A DNA stretch of 64,000 nucleotides from Felis catus (taxonomy: Eukaryota): positions 49,663,815 to 49,727,814 of the forward strand of contig NC_058368.1 in NCBI RefSeq assembly GCF_018350175.1, given 5' to 3'. The notes under the pieces were generated by a model, which worked only from the letters and a program-made list of their open reading frames with translations, had not been told where the DNA came from and ran no database searches. This document shows positions 1 to 12,226 of this stretch, piece after piece (within the stretch, counting starts at the first letter, position 1; the number at the start of each line of letters is the position of its first letter). Position numbers and translations under genes: made by a program.

Positions 1-29
1 CGGTTATACTGTCTGCCTCAGTGTGCATT

Positions 30-220
30 ATACACTACCTCCTTTATTACCTGCAACAACCTTGGGATAGTTACATTATAATTACATACATAAGAAAATT
101 GAAACTCAAAGATATTACATAATTTCACCAAGATCACCTAGCTACCAAGTGACAAAGTTGGAATTAAAACCGATATTGTATGACTCCAAGTTCAATAGAC
201 CTTTTCCCACACATCACTGT
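30..220 (-). mobile_element. MIR SINE fragment
   Basis: Resembles the reverse MIR core (aagaaaattgaaactcaaagat...caagatcacctagcta...gtgacaaagttggaattaaaacc...tgactccaag). Confidence 0.7.
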
Positions 221-245
221 TACTTCTCCTTTTTTTCATCTTCTT

Positions 246-325
246 TTCTTTCTTCCCTACCTTCTCTCCTTCCTTCCTTCCTTCCTTCCTTCCTTCCTTC
301 CTTCCTTCCTTCCTTCCTTCCTTCT
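246..325. repeat. (TTCC)n microsatellite
   Basis: Direct reading of tandem cttc units. Confidence 0.95.
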
Positions 326-677
326 TTCTAAACTTATATAAAACCCCTCAGTTTAAGACTAAAATTGCCTGTAACAGAGATTCTCAAATAGGAAGTCCAA
401 GATGCTAATGAAAATGTAAAGCTTCCCGTCAGGATGTCTGATTTCTTCTCTAAACTGTATGGAGCTACAGGCAATAAAGATCTCTAGCCATACAGGCTCT
501 TGAAACAGAAGCCTACTTGGCATCCTATCCTCTATCCTTCCTCTCACCCTTTTTTCTTACACATCTAAGTTTCCCTGCCGAAGAAACAATGAACTGAGGA
601 AACCATGTAGTGAGCCCTTAAGACCACTCTGAACTACCAGCTTCTGCTAAAAAACCTTAAGTTAAAGAATAGGTCCA

Positions 678-890
678 GGGGCACCTGGGTCTCAGTCAGT
701 TAAGTGTCTGACTTCAGCTCAGGTCATGATCTCACAGTTTGTGGGTTCGAGCTCCACATTGGGCTCTGTGCTGACAGCTCAGAGCCTGGAGCCTGCTTTG
801 GATTCTGTGTCTCCCTCTCTCTCTGCCTCTCCCCCATCCATGCTCTGACTCTGTCTCTCAAAAATAAATAAACATTAAAAAAACTAAAAA
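678..890 (+). mobile_element. CanSINE (SINEC)
   Basis: ggggcacctggg tRNA-like head, (CT)n, aataaa/A tail, degenerate TSD aaagaatag. Confidence 0.95.
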
Positions 891-939
891 GAGAGAAAGA
901 ATAGTTTCAGGTTGCAGTGTCAGAAGCCCCCCCCTCCCA

Positions 940-940
<1 letters not shown>

Positions 941-984
<44 letters not shown>
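941..984. repeat. (CA)n microsatellite
   Basis: Direct reading. Confidence 0.97.
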
Positions 985-988
<4 letters not shown>

Positions 989-1000
989 CAACAGCTGCCC

Positions 1001-1092
1001 AGGGCTGTTGTGTGTTACATGACTTCAGGAGCACCACACATATATTTTATGTGGATGATGCTCCATGGAAGCATGTAGCATGCATCAGCCCT
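1001..1092. mobile_element. MER91-like palindromic hAT MITE
   Basis: Ends agggctg...cagccct with imperfect inverted arms over the whole length. Confidence 0.6.
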
Positions 1093-1399
1093 ACCAATCT
1101 CCCTTAGCATGAACTTGCTTCATTGCCAATGCTCAGTCGTCCACATTGTAGATGGAAGGCTTTCCAGACTGGTCAATTTGAAAATATTCTAATACTCAAC
1201 CTCTGAAATCTATGTCTTTTTTCTTTCTTACTCCACATATTTTCCTCTCATAAAATTAATCTGGCACAAAGTCATGCTTTGTTGCTTTGCCAGCCATGCA
1301 ATTTTGGACCTACTTCCCTTAATTAGGTTATCCCAAAATGGGGAAGAGACTGCTAGTTACCTTACAATATTGTCTTTCTTTCTTAATGATGATATTTAG

Positions 1400-1835
1400 C
1401 TCTACCTTATAAATAATAGAATGCTAATACTTTGGCTGAGAACTATGTCCCAGAGGGAAAAAAAAAAATTGGATTCTCCAGTTTTCCTTGCAGATAGGTG
1501 TGGTCACATAATAAAGTTTTGGTCAAGGAGACAAGAGCGGGAAGTACTGTAGGCAACTCTCAAGAAGCATAAAGGAAGCTGACTCAGGGTATCCAATTTT
1601 TCCCTCCTCCCCAGAATGTGAAAGCGATGTCTAGATCTCAGCAGCCAACTTAGACTCTGAGGTAAACTCAAGGGTGAGAGCCATTTTCTGAATATGATGG
1701 TACCAAAAGGAGTTACTCACCAGGGACATCACAAAACTGCCTGGTTCGGAACTTTTTTCTGAAAGAGAAAAAATTCCTTGGGTTTTGAACCCACTGTGTT
1801 TCAAGTCTCCATTTCTCGCAGTTGAACACAATTCT
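1400..1835 (+). mobile_element. MLT1 (ERVL-MaLR) solo LTR, MLT1J/K-like
   Basis: Diagnostic ccttgcagataggtgtggtcacat...gttttggtcaaggaga segment. Confidence 0.6.
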
Positions 1836-2254
1836 TAAGCAGTAAGGGAGATAGACGAATTCAACAGATTTCCATTTCATTAAAACAAAACAGATCTCAT
1901 TTATAGCTAAGATATTTTATGAATGATTCAAATAAAAAAAATAGAGAGCAAAAATCAAGTAAGTCATATCCAGAGGGGAAAGTACTTTTCTGTTCACTTT
2001 ATCCAATACTATGCTCTCCACACAAATACTACTACTGCCTTGGCTATTTGTTCTTCCTCCCCTTCCCCTCAGCCTCAAAATGGTTAAAATCAAAGTTTAT
2101 AAAGCTCACATTGAAATTTGATAATCTGTTCATTTATTGGGATTTAGGATGTATAATTCTATCCCCAAAATAAATTGGAATAGAAAATATTTCTCCACAA
2201 GGATTGCCATCCTTTTAGTTGATTCTGAACTTTTAATTTTTGTTTAGATTTTTT

Positions 2255-2560
2255 AAAATTATTTTAATATGAAATTTATTGTCAAATTGGTTTCCATACA
2301 ACACCCAGTGCTCATTCCAACAGGTGCCCTCCTCAATGCCCATCACCCATCCTCCCCTCCCTCCCACCCCCATCAACCCTCAGATTGTTCTCAGTTTTTA
2401 AGAGTCTCTTATGGTTTGGCTCCCTCCCTCTCTAACTTTTTTTTTTCCTTCCCCTCCCCCATCGTCTTCTGTTAAGTTTCTCAGAATCCACATAAGAGTG
2501 AAAACATATGGTATCTGTCTTTCTTTGTATGGCTTATTTCACTTAGCATAACACTCTCCA
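2255..2560 (-). mobile_element. Felid L1 3' end (5'-truncated)
   Basis: aatatgaaatttattgtcaaattggtttccatacaacacccagtgctc... typical cat L1 3' UTR in reverse. Confidence 0.9.
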
Positions 2561-2562
2561 TA

Positions 2563-2776
2563 AATTTTTTTAATGTTTATAATTATTTTTGAGACAGAGA
2601 GAGACAGAGCATGAGCAGGGAAGGGGCAGAGAGAAAGGGAGATACAGAATCTGAAGCACGTTCCAGGCTCTGAGCTGTCAGCACACAGCCTGACACAGGG
2701 CTCAAACTCGTCAATTGAGAGATCATGACCTGAGCCTAAGTTGGAAGTTCAACTAACTGAGCCACCCAGGCACCCC
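2563..2776 (-). mobile_element. CanSINE (SINEC)
   Basis: T tail, gagagacagag, ends gccacccaggcacccc. Confidence 0.95.
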
Positions 2777-2779
2777 TAG

Positions 2780-2881
2780 ATTTTTATTTTTAAGTAGTCT
2801 TTACACCCAACATGGGGTTCAAACTCACAACCCCAAGATCAAGAGTTGCATGTTCCACCAACTGAGCCAGCCAGGTGTCCC
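2780..2881 (-). mobile_element. Short older carnivore tRNA-derived SINE
   Basis: aagtagtctttacacccaacatggggttcaaactcacaaccccaagatcaagagttgcatg...gagccagccaggtgtccc. Confidence 0.85.
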
Positions 2882-2957
2882 TTGCTTCATATTTGAATAA
2901 GGTCCTCAAACCGGTTGTTTATCCCGAGGACAATGGATTTTGAAAAACTGTATTTTC

Positions 2958-3230
2958 AGGTACAAAGTTCCAGTTATAAATAAGGCCTGGGGATCTATTG
3001 TATAGCATGGGGACTATGGTGCATTGTATATTTGGAAGTTGCTAAGAGAGTGGATCTTCTAAGTTCTTTTCATAAAAAAAAAAAAAAAATAAAAGTAACC
3101 ATGTATGGTAACAGACATTAACTAAACTCATGTGGTTATTATTTCACAATATATACATGTATCAAATAACTATTTTGTACACCTAAAACTAGCACAATGT
3201 TATATGTCAATAATATTGCATAAAAATAGA
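2958..3230 (+). mobile_element. L1MA-type 3' end
   Basis: ggggatctattgtatagcatgg...gttgctaagagagtggatctt...tatatgtcaat. Confidence 0.8.
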
Positions 3231-3690
3231 AAATATGTTTTCCAAGTGATAGGTGTTTCTGTCATGGACATCAGCATTAAAAAGAATTTACTACGTTCAA
3301 GAGATTTTTCTCTAGGCCACCTAGTAATTACTGTTGGAACAATAAGCGCAGGTGTTAAATGACAGAGTTCCTATAGCATACCCATGTCAGGGCTCTCCTA
3401 GACATAATGCCCAAGTCATGAATAAGCATAGCATAACATTTGCATGATCTGATCCCAGTATAAACCACACTGGCTTCTCATTTTTCCTGAATACACAGAA
3501 TGGTACAGTGCTCTTCTAAGATCACTCTATTTTTTCCCCCTTTAGTCAAGTATAGCCACCACTGAAGATGAGAAAACATGCACTCCAGGTTCTGACAGTC
3601 CATACAACTGCTGGCAAATCCTCACTGAGGATGTATACTTCCTCCCCTACAGAGTGTACCAGATGTTATGCCCAAGAATAGCAGAGCTTC

Positions 3691-3835
3691 GGGGCACCTG
3701 AGTGGCTCAGGTGGTTAAGCGTCCAACTTCAGCTCAGATCATGATCTCGTGGTTCATGAGTTCAAGCCCCGCATCAGGCTGGAGCCTGCTTCTGATTATG
3801 TGTCTCCCTCTCTCTATGCTCCGCCCCCACTCACA

Positions 3836-3897
<62 letters not shown>

Positions 3898-3920
3898 AAT
3901 AAATAAACATTTTTAAAAAA
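3691..3920 (+). mobile_element. CanSINE with internal deletion and expanded (CT)n
   Basis: Standard head; TSD aagaatagcagagc/aggatagcagagc; (CT)n at ~3839-3894. Confidence 0.95.
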
Positions 3921-4479
3921 AGGATAGCAGAGCCTCTCACTAGTGGACACCATAGCTGCTCTTCAACTCCAACCATTCTGCCTAAGAGCTTTCACATCGA
4001 CCACCTACCTACCACTTCACTTCTCCTTTCAACATTAGAGTCTTCAAACCTAAATGTCTCCAGGCCCCTGCCTCTCCATCTTATTGCTAAAATTCCATGT
4101 TCATAAGTCATTTATCTGGATGTCAGCCTGGAAAAGGTCCTTGTTATCTGAATCTAAACACCTTCATCTGCCATTAAAGGTTCTTCAGGGTGTGACATCC
4201 ATATCTCCAAATTCACCTCTTTCCACTCTCCTAAACATAGCTAGGCTTTGGTCAAATTCATTATTTTCCTCCAAATCTACCTCTGTGACTCAAGTCATGA
4301 TTTCCCTCTGCCTGCAAATCTCCTGAGCTTTCTTTTTACTTACTTACTATATTGAAAACATTTGCTACACTGAGAAGTACTACATAAGTGAAAGAAAGAT
4401 TTTACTTTGTTTTGTTTGAGATGTAATGTAGCCTAGTGGGAAAACTATGAAGTTTCCCAACCTACCACATCAGAGTATA

Positions 4480-4635
4480 TCTTCTGTCTCTAATTGCTTG
4501 TTTAATTGCCTGGCTGTTCAACTAGGCTGTGATCTCATCTAGTTGAGAGCAGGGATTGTGACTACTTGTTTATTGTTGAAGTCCTACTACTGGACAGACT
4601 GTATGACATATTTGGTGAATGAATAAATGTTGAAT
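4480..4635 (+). mobile_element. L2 3' end
   Basis: actaggctgtgatctc...gagagcagggattgtg...tgaatgaataaatg. Confidence 0.6.
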
Positions 4636-4999
4636 GTCTTTAACAGCTTAGTATGTTGCAGAAGTTGAATCCAACCTGAATCTTTGACATAGTTGCCTTG
4701 GGTCTATTTCTTTATCTGTAAAATAGCAAATTGTTTTCATACAAGAAACATAACTTCAGCATCCAACCTGTACTTTTTCTCTCTGAGATTTCCTCATAAT
4801 ACAGCAAAGTATCTTTCTTCTCCCAAAGAATGGTGGCAATGCAGAATAAAATATTGAGGTTATAAAATATTTAATACAGCTTATGGTATACACTAGGCAC
4901 TAAATAATATTGGGGGAGGAATGAAGGAGAGGAAAGAACAAACGAAAATAGGAAGACAAGATAAATTAAGTCAGAAAGAAAAGAAGATGTAACAGAAAC

Positions 5000-5410
5000 T
5001 ACTAACTGCTCCTGATACCCTTTCTTCCCCTATTCCATAATTATAAAAATTTTAGCTGATATGTGGCTGGCCATGGTAAAGACTAGTTTTCTAGCTTCCT
5101 TGAAACTAGAAACGACCATGCATTTAAGTTGTGGCTGATATGTAAGACAAGCTTTGTGAACCACTACCTGGAACATTCCCCCAAGAAATAGCTGGATTCT
5201 ATCATTTGCTAATCCTTCTTCATCCTGCGGTGGTGTCACCATCTCAGACTAGGGATGACAGAGAGGCGAAGTGGAAAGAGACTGGATTCCTGAGGACTTT
5301 GTGAAGCAATACCACCATATCAGAACTAAATCACTTACTACCAGCCTTTGGAATGAGAGAAAAATAAACTTCTACCTTGAGAGTCACACTTAAACCTACA
5401 TCCTAACACA
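5000..5410 (+). mobile_element. MLT1 (MaLR) solo LTR, MLT1J-like
   Basis: aaagactagttttctagcttccttg...gagagaaaaataaacttctaccttg. Confidence 0.55.
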
Positions 5411-6049
5411 CAGAATCAAGATGAAAGGGCTGGGAGCAGACACAAATGAAGAAAAATAGGCAGCAAGGAAAACACAATCCCTGCCTTCATGAGTCCTTCC
5501 CACTAGACATACAGTCTAGAGGCAGAATCCACAACTCCTATTTTGTGGGAACATTATGAGGTCAAAAAGAGAAAGTAGCTACTAAGAGAGTGCTTGTTCC
5601 CTTTTTCAAAAATCACCCATAGCAAAACTCTTGTAGAGAAAGGAAATTATTAATCTATCATTATCAAATCTGTGAGAAGGAGGACACTAAAAATTGACTT
5701 GAAATGGTAAAGGAGGAGTGGGTGACCAGAGGATAAGCTGGAGAAGAGCTCTTAAATTCTGCTTTTATCTCTCCCAAGTCTTGTCCAGGGACAGTCTTTG
5801 CCTGGTGATTTACTGAAGTGGTCCAAACCCTAGCCTCATAGTAACATCAGCTTAAGGCCAATGCTTTGTGTGCCTAGAATGTCAATGAAATTAAGTGGGG
5901 ACTAACCAGCTGCTCTAGAGCTTTCACTCCTCAATCCCCCCCTAACTAGAGCACAAACTGTCTTCTCCCATTGTTACTTCTCCCTGAGTGTTTAACAATG
6001 AAAACTGAACCCAAGTGTTAGGTAAAATGTCATCAATGGTAGCTAGCTG

Positions 6050-6450
6050 GAATCTACAGCAAGGGCATGAGCTCAAAAGACAAAATACCTAGACACCTGA
6101 GGAGCACAATTATTAAAAAGACAACAATATCTCAAGTAGAATTGTCGGAATGACAAAGGATTTAAAATAAGCAAGGCTTTAAATATCTTTGAGAAGTTAT
6201 TAGTAATGTGAAACATCAATAGAAAGTCATAAGAAAAGGAGCCCACTGAAAGTATTATGAACAGCAAATATAACAGCTGGAATTGTTAAATAGAGCAATG
6301 GGATAAACAGTAGGATGCAAACAGAGTAGAAATTTGTGAGCTGGAAGATTAAACTGAGAAACTCTTCCAAAAGGAAATTGGAAAAGATAAAAAAGAAATG
6401 TGTACCAAAAGAAAGCTGGATCAACATCTTAATATCTAAGAGAATGTTTA
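6050..6450 (+). mobile_element. Ancient L1 ORF1-region remnant
   Basis: A-rich; gggataaacagtagg...gtgagctggaagat...gaaactcttccaaa resembles decayed L1M ORF1. Confidence 0.45.
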
Positions 6451-8589
6451 TCTAATGTTATATATAAAGTATAACCCAAAACCAGGACACAGATCTATTG
6501 GCTCACCAAATCTATTCCCTGAATCTCTCTGTAATAAGCTCCTTCACATAAAACTTCCAAAAGTAGGCAAAGATGAGAGAAGAATAAACATAGCTCTTAC
6601 ATGCGTGCCCCATTACTTCTACACATTCAGGCAAAATCTCAAGGTATGTTAGACATTAGGACATTTATGCCAAGGCAGGTTGCCAATATGAACTCCCAAT
6701 AATTTTTGCATCATGCTACCTAAAAATCCACTTTGGCAGTGTCTCAGAAGTTAGGCAATGGCCTCTTGGCTGTGTGTTGGATGAGAATAAGGAAGGGAGG
6801 AGTATTTTATTCCTCTACAGCTCTTGTGCATACAGATATACCCTTACAGCAGAATGCTGTAACATAACACTACAATGTATGCAATCTTGGACAGTGAGCT
6901 AACCAAGGACAAAGACAATGCCTGGCTCATAGAAAGCAGTCAATACTGTGAGTTAAATTCAACCACAATACATACAGAGAGGTTGTTACACACAAAGTGT
7001 TGTTGGAATGTGAAATACACCTCTCAACAGAAAAAAAATTAAGTATAAAAAAAGATAAATGGACTCAAATATTAAAAAAATAAGAACTGCTGTAGTAATA
7101 TAATAGAAATATATCTGATAAAACACGATGAACACAGTGATTTTGAATCTGATTCAAAGTATAACTGTAGACTACTACATGATTTTCATGGTAATTCATT
7201 TGAAGCATTTTTTCTAATTGAACCAAAAATTAAACTTAGTTACAAAGATGTCAACAAACGTTGTTGGAAGTTCAACTTTCAAATATACTATAATTTTCAG
7301 GCCTCAGAAACCTGACAAAATATTTTTTGCTCACTTTTCAAACACTGAACAAACAGTAGCTAAGGAAAACCTATTTTTAAAAAATCAGCCCTTAAAATAT
7401 CCACTATCCACAAAAGTTTCAATGGCTGGACATCTGTTTTCAAAAATATCCAAGCGTTGACTCAGATCTTCCAAATACACCTGCAACTTGGGCACAGTTA
7501 ATAGAAACATTTGTATGACAAGTTTGGGGGTCTTTTCCTACATTGGCAATAATTTTCTGTATTTTCCCCTGCTGTCATCAAAGCAGTTTGTGTCTGAAAA
7601 AGAGCTTCTCCTGCATAGAACTCGGTTTCTCCTTCTGTCTGATCCTGCAGTGAAGTCATCATAATCTTGTTTTTACGATGCCACAGTCTGTTGCCATGAA
7701 AATGATTGCAATGCCATAAATTCGGCATTTCAACTTTACAGCAGGATCTAGGAGGAAAAGATGCCGAGGTTGTTTGGAAGGAACGGTGCAAGTGCTTCTG
7801 GTAATTAGCTGCAAGAACATAGAAATAGTAAAATGCACAGGGAGAAAAAAAATGGATATGTGGGTCCAAGTCCTTTCATTTAAGCCACAAAACAGCTTCA
7901 CACGCTACCCATGAAGGTTTTAACATATGGCCCCTTTTACCATTAATTACTGTGTGCCCATGGCAAAACCAGTGGATTTTCATGCCCTTCAGAGCTTAAG
8001 CATCTGTTCTTTGAATTAACACCAATACTCTGGACGAGAGTTTAAATCTGTGAGATACAGTCACTAAACTTTTGAGAAGAGAAGTACTTGAAATGTTACA
8101 TTTAGAGTTTTTTCCCTACCTAATTAGAGTGTTTTAACCTCAGTTTTCACATGGATTTTATATTACTTTGAGGAAGTAAATGGAAGATAATTTGTGATTC
8201 AATTTGAAAATGAAATTTTGAAGATCAAAGGAAAGACACTACTTCCAGATTCATGAATCCTCAAAAGCAATCATTCTGCGTTTAGCTCTCTCTGGGGTAT
8301 GGCACCAGGTCCTCCTTATTTGATATTATCATTTTGATTCTGATCTTCTCATATTTGTGTAGGGACAATAGAATGTTCTTGGCGGGGATAATGGGAGAGA
8401 CAAGAGTTAACCTAAGTACCTGGCACATAATACATGTTCAAGAACTACAAGTACCTTATTGACACCTGATCTTCAGTCTAGTGCTCCTTCAATTCTATGA
8501 TACATTCTAGTTTCTTAAGTGCTTTGTAATGGCTTCATTGTCTATTCCAGTTTGGGCTTCAATCTTGAACTTCCAGGTCTATACTTTCT

Positions 8590-9715
8590 TAGCTTTTCTC
8601 TTTTGTCTGTGGCCAATGTCTTCTCCTTTCCTACTTGACCATTAAATACTGGGGTTCCCATAGGCTCTTCGAAGTTTATCACGGTCCTCATCTCTTCTCT
8701 ATACAACCTCCCCACTCCAATCTCATTCAGATCTACAGCTTTAGGTACCATCTCTATATATGTATTGATTATTCACAAATGTCTTTCCTAGCCCAGGCCT
8801 TTCCTTTGAGCTCATGACTCATCTTGTATGGCACGCCCATTAGGATGATTCGAATGTACCTCAAACTGAACTTTTCAAACCAAGTTTGGCCTCTTCCCCT
8901 AAATCTGGCCCTGTTCTATGTCAGCAAATGGCACCATTGTAAAAACTGAAAACCATGAGCCCTTTATGCACTGTACACATTATCCTAGCTATCTTCAGTA
9001 TCTGTCAATCTTACCTCCCAAACAGCTCTCTAGTCCGTCTATTTACGGCATTACATTGCACACCACCTCAGCTTGTGCCGGCACCTCTACAGTAGCCTCC
9101 TAGCTGGTCTTCCACATCCATTCTGATTCCCCCTCTGGTCTGCTCTTTATATTGCAGCCAGAGCGATCTTTTCAAAATTCAAATCAGAACACATCATCTT
9201 CCTGCTTAAAACCCTCTCACATTATCTTGAAATAAAGGTCCAATCATGAATAGGACTTCCCTGAACCTGCATCATCTGGTCCCTATCTCCTTCTATTCCA
9301 GTCACTCAGACTTTTTCAGATCCTCAAATGGGCACCTGTTTCAGAGACTTTACACATCATGTTCCCTCTTTCTGAAATGCTCTTCCACCTTCCATACCCT
9401 TCAGCTCTTTGCCTAATTTAGCCCCATTCATCCTTAATTATCACTTGCCCCAGGAATCCTTCCCTGACTCCAAATATAGAAGTCAGTTTACTGTATTATA
9501 GTCTTTCACAGAATCACTTTCGTTCCTTCAAAGCATGTGTGTCAATGTATAGTTACACAATTATTAAAGTAGCTATTTAATTAACTACAGTTATTTAATG
9601 TTAATTACAAGCCATATGAATATAGGCAAGCTGTCTGTTTTTGATTCCATCGTATGTTTGGCTTTTGGCACAGTACCCAGCATATAATACATGCAAAAGA
9701 TATTTTTTGAATTTA
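8590..9715 (+). mobile_element. L2 LINE 3' fragment (~1.1 kb)
   Basis: ggggttccca...ctctt ctct, attgcagccagagcgatcttttcaaa, cctgcttaaaaccct, terminal gcacagtacccagcata. Confidence 0.85.
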
Positions 9716-9789
9716 TGATTGATATCTGATTGCAACTCATTGAGATATTATCACAAGTGACATTGCAAAAGTTCTTTTCAAAAAATACA

Positions 9790-10340
9790 CACCTACCACA
9801 CTATCCAAGCATTCTACTGCTAGGTATATTTTACATAGCATCTTCATGTACAATAGCCAAAACACCCATTGCCCAACAAAAGGCAAACAGATAAACCAAA
9901 TGTGAACTATCCATATAATAAAATACTACTCAGCAACAATACATGCTCAAAAATATATTTTATGCTCAAAAGATCTTTTTAAAAAGAGTGAACTATTGAT
10001 ACACCCAACAACATAAAGAATCTCAAAACCTTTATGCTGAGTGAAGAAGCCAAACACACAAAAAAGTATATGCTGTTTGATTCCACTTTTATAAAGTTCT
10101 AGAAAATGCAAACCAAACTTTAATGACAAAAAAATAGGTCAGTGGTTGCCCGGGGACAGGGGAGAGACAGAGGTATTGCAAAGGGGTACAAGAAAACTTT
10201 TGGGGGGGAGCTAAAAGAAAATTTGTTATCTTCATTATGGTGACCAATTCATATATGTATACATAGTCAAAAATCATCAATTATATCTTTTAACCAAACA
10301 CGTCTGTCAATTATACCTTAATAAAGTTGTAAAAATTGTT
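9790..10340 (+). mobile_element. L1M (L1MD/ME-type) 3' end
   Basis: aatactactcagca, atgctgagtgaagaagcc, agtggttgcc, ttataccttaataaagttg. Confidence 0.8.
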
Positions 10341-10424
10341 TAAATTCAATAGGAATCATTAAGAGCCAACTGCAACTGGCTCAGACTTAACATAAACATA
10401 TTATGCATTAAAGATAACAGAGGA

Positions 10425-10616
10425 GGGGTGCCTGGGTGGCTCAGTCGGTTGAGCATCTGACTGTGGCTCAGGCCATGATCTCACATGGTTCATGAGTTCG
10501 AGCCCTGCATGGGACTGGCTAAGGTCAAGCATTAACTGCTTAGGATCCTCTGTACCCCCCCTTCCCCGCCCCTCCTCTGCTCATGCTATCTCAAAAACAA
10601 ATAAACATTTTTTAAA
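10425..10616 (+). mobile_element. CanSINE
   Basis: Perfect 15-bp TSD aaagataacagagga at 10410-10424 and 10617-10631. Confidence 0.95.
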
Positions 10617-11854
10617 AAAGATAACAGAGGAGAGGTATGAAAGGTATAAATTTCAGGAGTTTGCTATTACTTATGGAGTCATTCAACAAATATGTTTTAT
10701 TTCTCATAGAAACCAGGAAAATAAAACCAAGAAATCCTAGAATCTGTAACTAAAAAACAGTTTTAAAAATAATATTCCTTCTCACAGTTTTTGAGTAAAT
10801 TAAAGATAGCAAACAAGATATTTTTACTTACATATTTATTTGCTGGAGGTTACTAGAGAATATCATGACTGGGAGGTTACTAGAGAATCTTTGAGAAGAT
10901 ATTCTATATAATGGGTTTGGAAAATGGTTATGACCAGAAATTAAAATAAATTAGGAGAGGCACAATTTTTGAAAGGCATTATTTCTAACGTTAACAGTAG
11001 TAAACAAGTCTCCCACTCTTTAACTTCTTTTCTCATTAGTTTTCACTGGAGTCTAACAATCTGTGTTTAAATAAAAGCTCTGAGCATTTTTGCTACAGGC
11101 AAAATTTTATATTCTCTTAGTTCTGTGATATGGAGGAGTCAGCCATTTCAAAATTTTGCAGACTAAATAGAATATTAATGGCCCTAATGATTTTTAAATA
11201 CTATTTGCAAGGTTGTTTAAAATGACTGTGTCATAGTAATGATCAATAATATAATAAATGTGAAAATACTCTGTACATGGCAAATGGCTACCTAAGCATA
11301 AGTGAAGAGATAAAAATATTCCCCCAAATTATTTTCCATTTGAAAGAATAGAAGGATGGTAAATCATAATCTATTCAAACTGAGAAAGTATTACAAACAA
11401 AAGCAAACTAGCACAGGTCACTTGAGAAAATGGTCACTTGAGAAAAACGTCAATTGTTTTAAAACACAGAGAAATTATTTCCCAAGTAAGAAAATAAACC
11501 ATTCTGAAAGTATACAATTTTTTAAGGTCCAAAACAAAATGTTGCTTCATTATCATCAGTGCAAGAACCCAAAATATAGAACAATGTTGGCCAATTATTT
11601 TTCTAGGAGGGTTCCACAGGAATGAAGAGTTTCAGAGTCAAGTAAGTTTCAGTCATTCTGAGTTAAACTGAGTTTAAAGGGCTATTAGAGTAATATTCAT
11701 AAACTCTAACATGATTTTAATAATGTGAAATAAAAGATCCTATAAAGAGAAAAGTATATTATGCAGTCTTTCCAAACTTACTTGACAGGAGAACTATTTT
11801 TTTCTCAAAGCCTGTCATAGGACTGCAAAAGGATTTTAATCTAAATAGCACTGA

Positions 11855-12226
11855 AGTATATGGAACAGGGAATCTCACCCATGTGCCCTCAGAAAAACAA
11901 AACTTAAAGACTGAGGAATTGGTTTCCTCTCAATGCCTAATTTGTGGAAAATTGAAACTTCTCTTCAGACCGATGGGCATCTCCGAGAATCTGTCCCCAT
12001 CTTCTAGCCAATAAAGTCACTGCATGGACCCAACTGGACCCCTCCCCCCACACACACTTTTGCACTCTTTGCCCATAAAAGAAACCTGCCCAAAATCCCA
12101 TTGGAGTATCCTGTAGCTTGCTGCATTTTGTGTGTCCTAAACTGCAATTCCTCTGCTATTCCCGAATCAACTTGATTTCTGGAAATTCAAGCTTGCCTCA
12201 ATTCACATCTTTTCTTTCGTTTGGCA
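11855..12226 (+). mobile_element. Probable ERV solo LTR
   Basis: CCAAT (~12008), TATA-like cataaaa (~12074), ctgcaattcctctgctattcccgaat segment typical of ERV1 LTR R/U5, ends ...ttggca; no clean TSD seen. Confidence 0.5.

Noticed and set aside
678..760. tRNA-like sequences at SINE 5' ends
   Set aside because: tRNA-derived SINE heads, not functional tRNA genes
7498..7869. 123-aa minus-strand ORF
   Set aside because: No recognisable protein, splice context or retrocopy hallmarks (poly(A), TSD)
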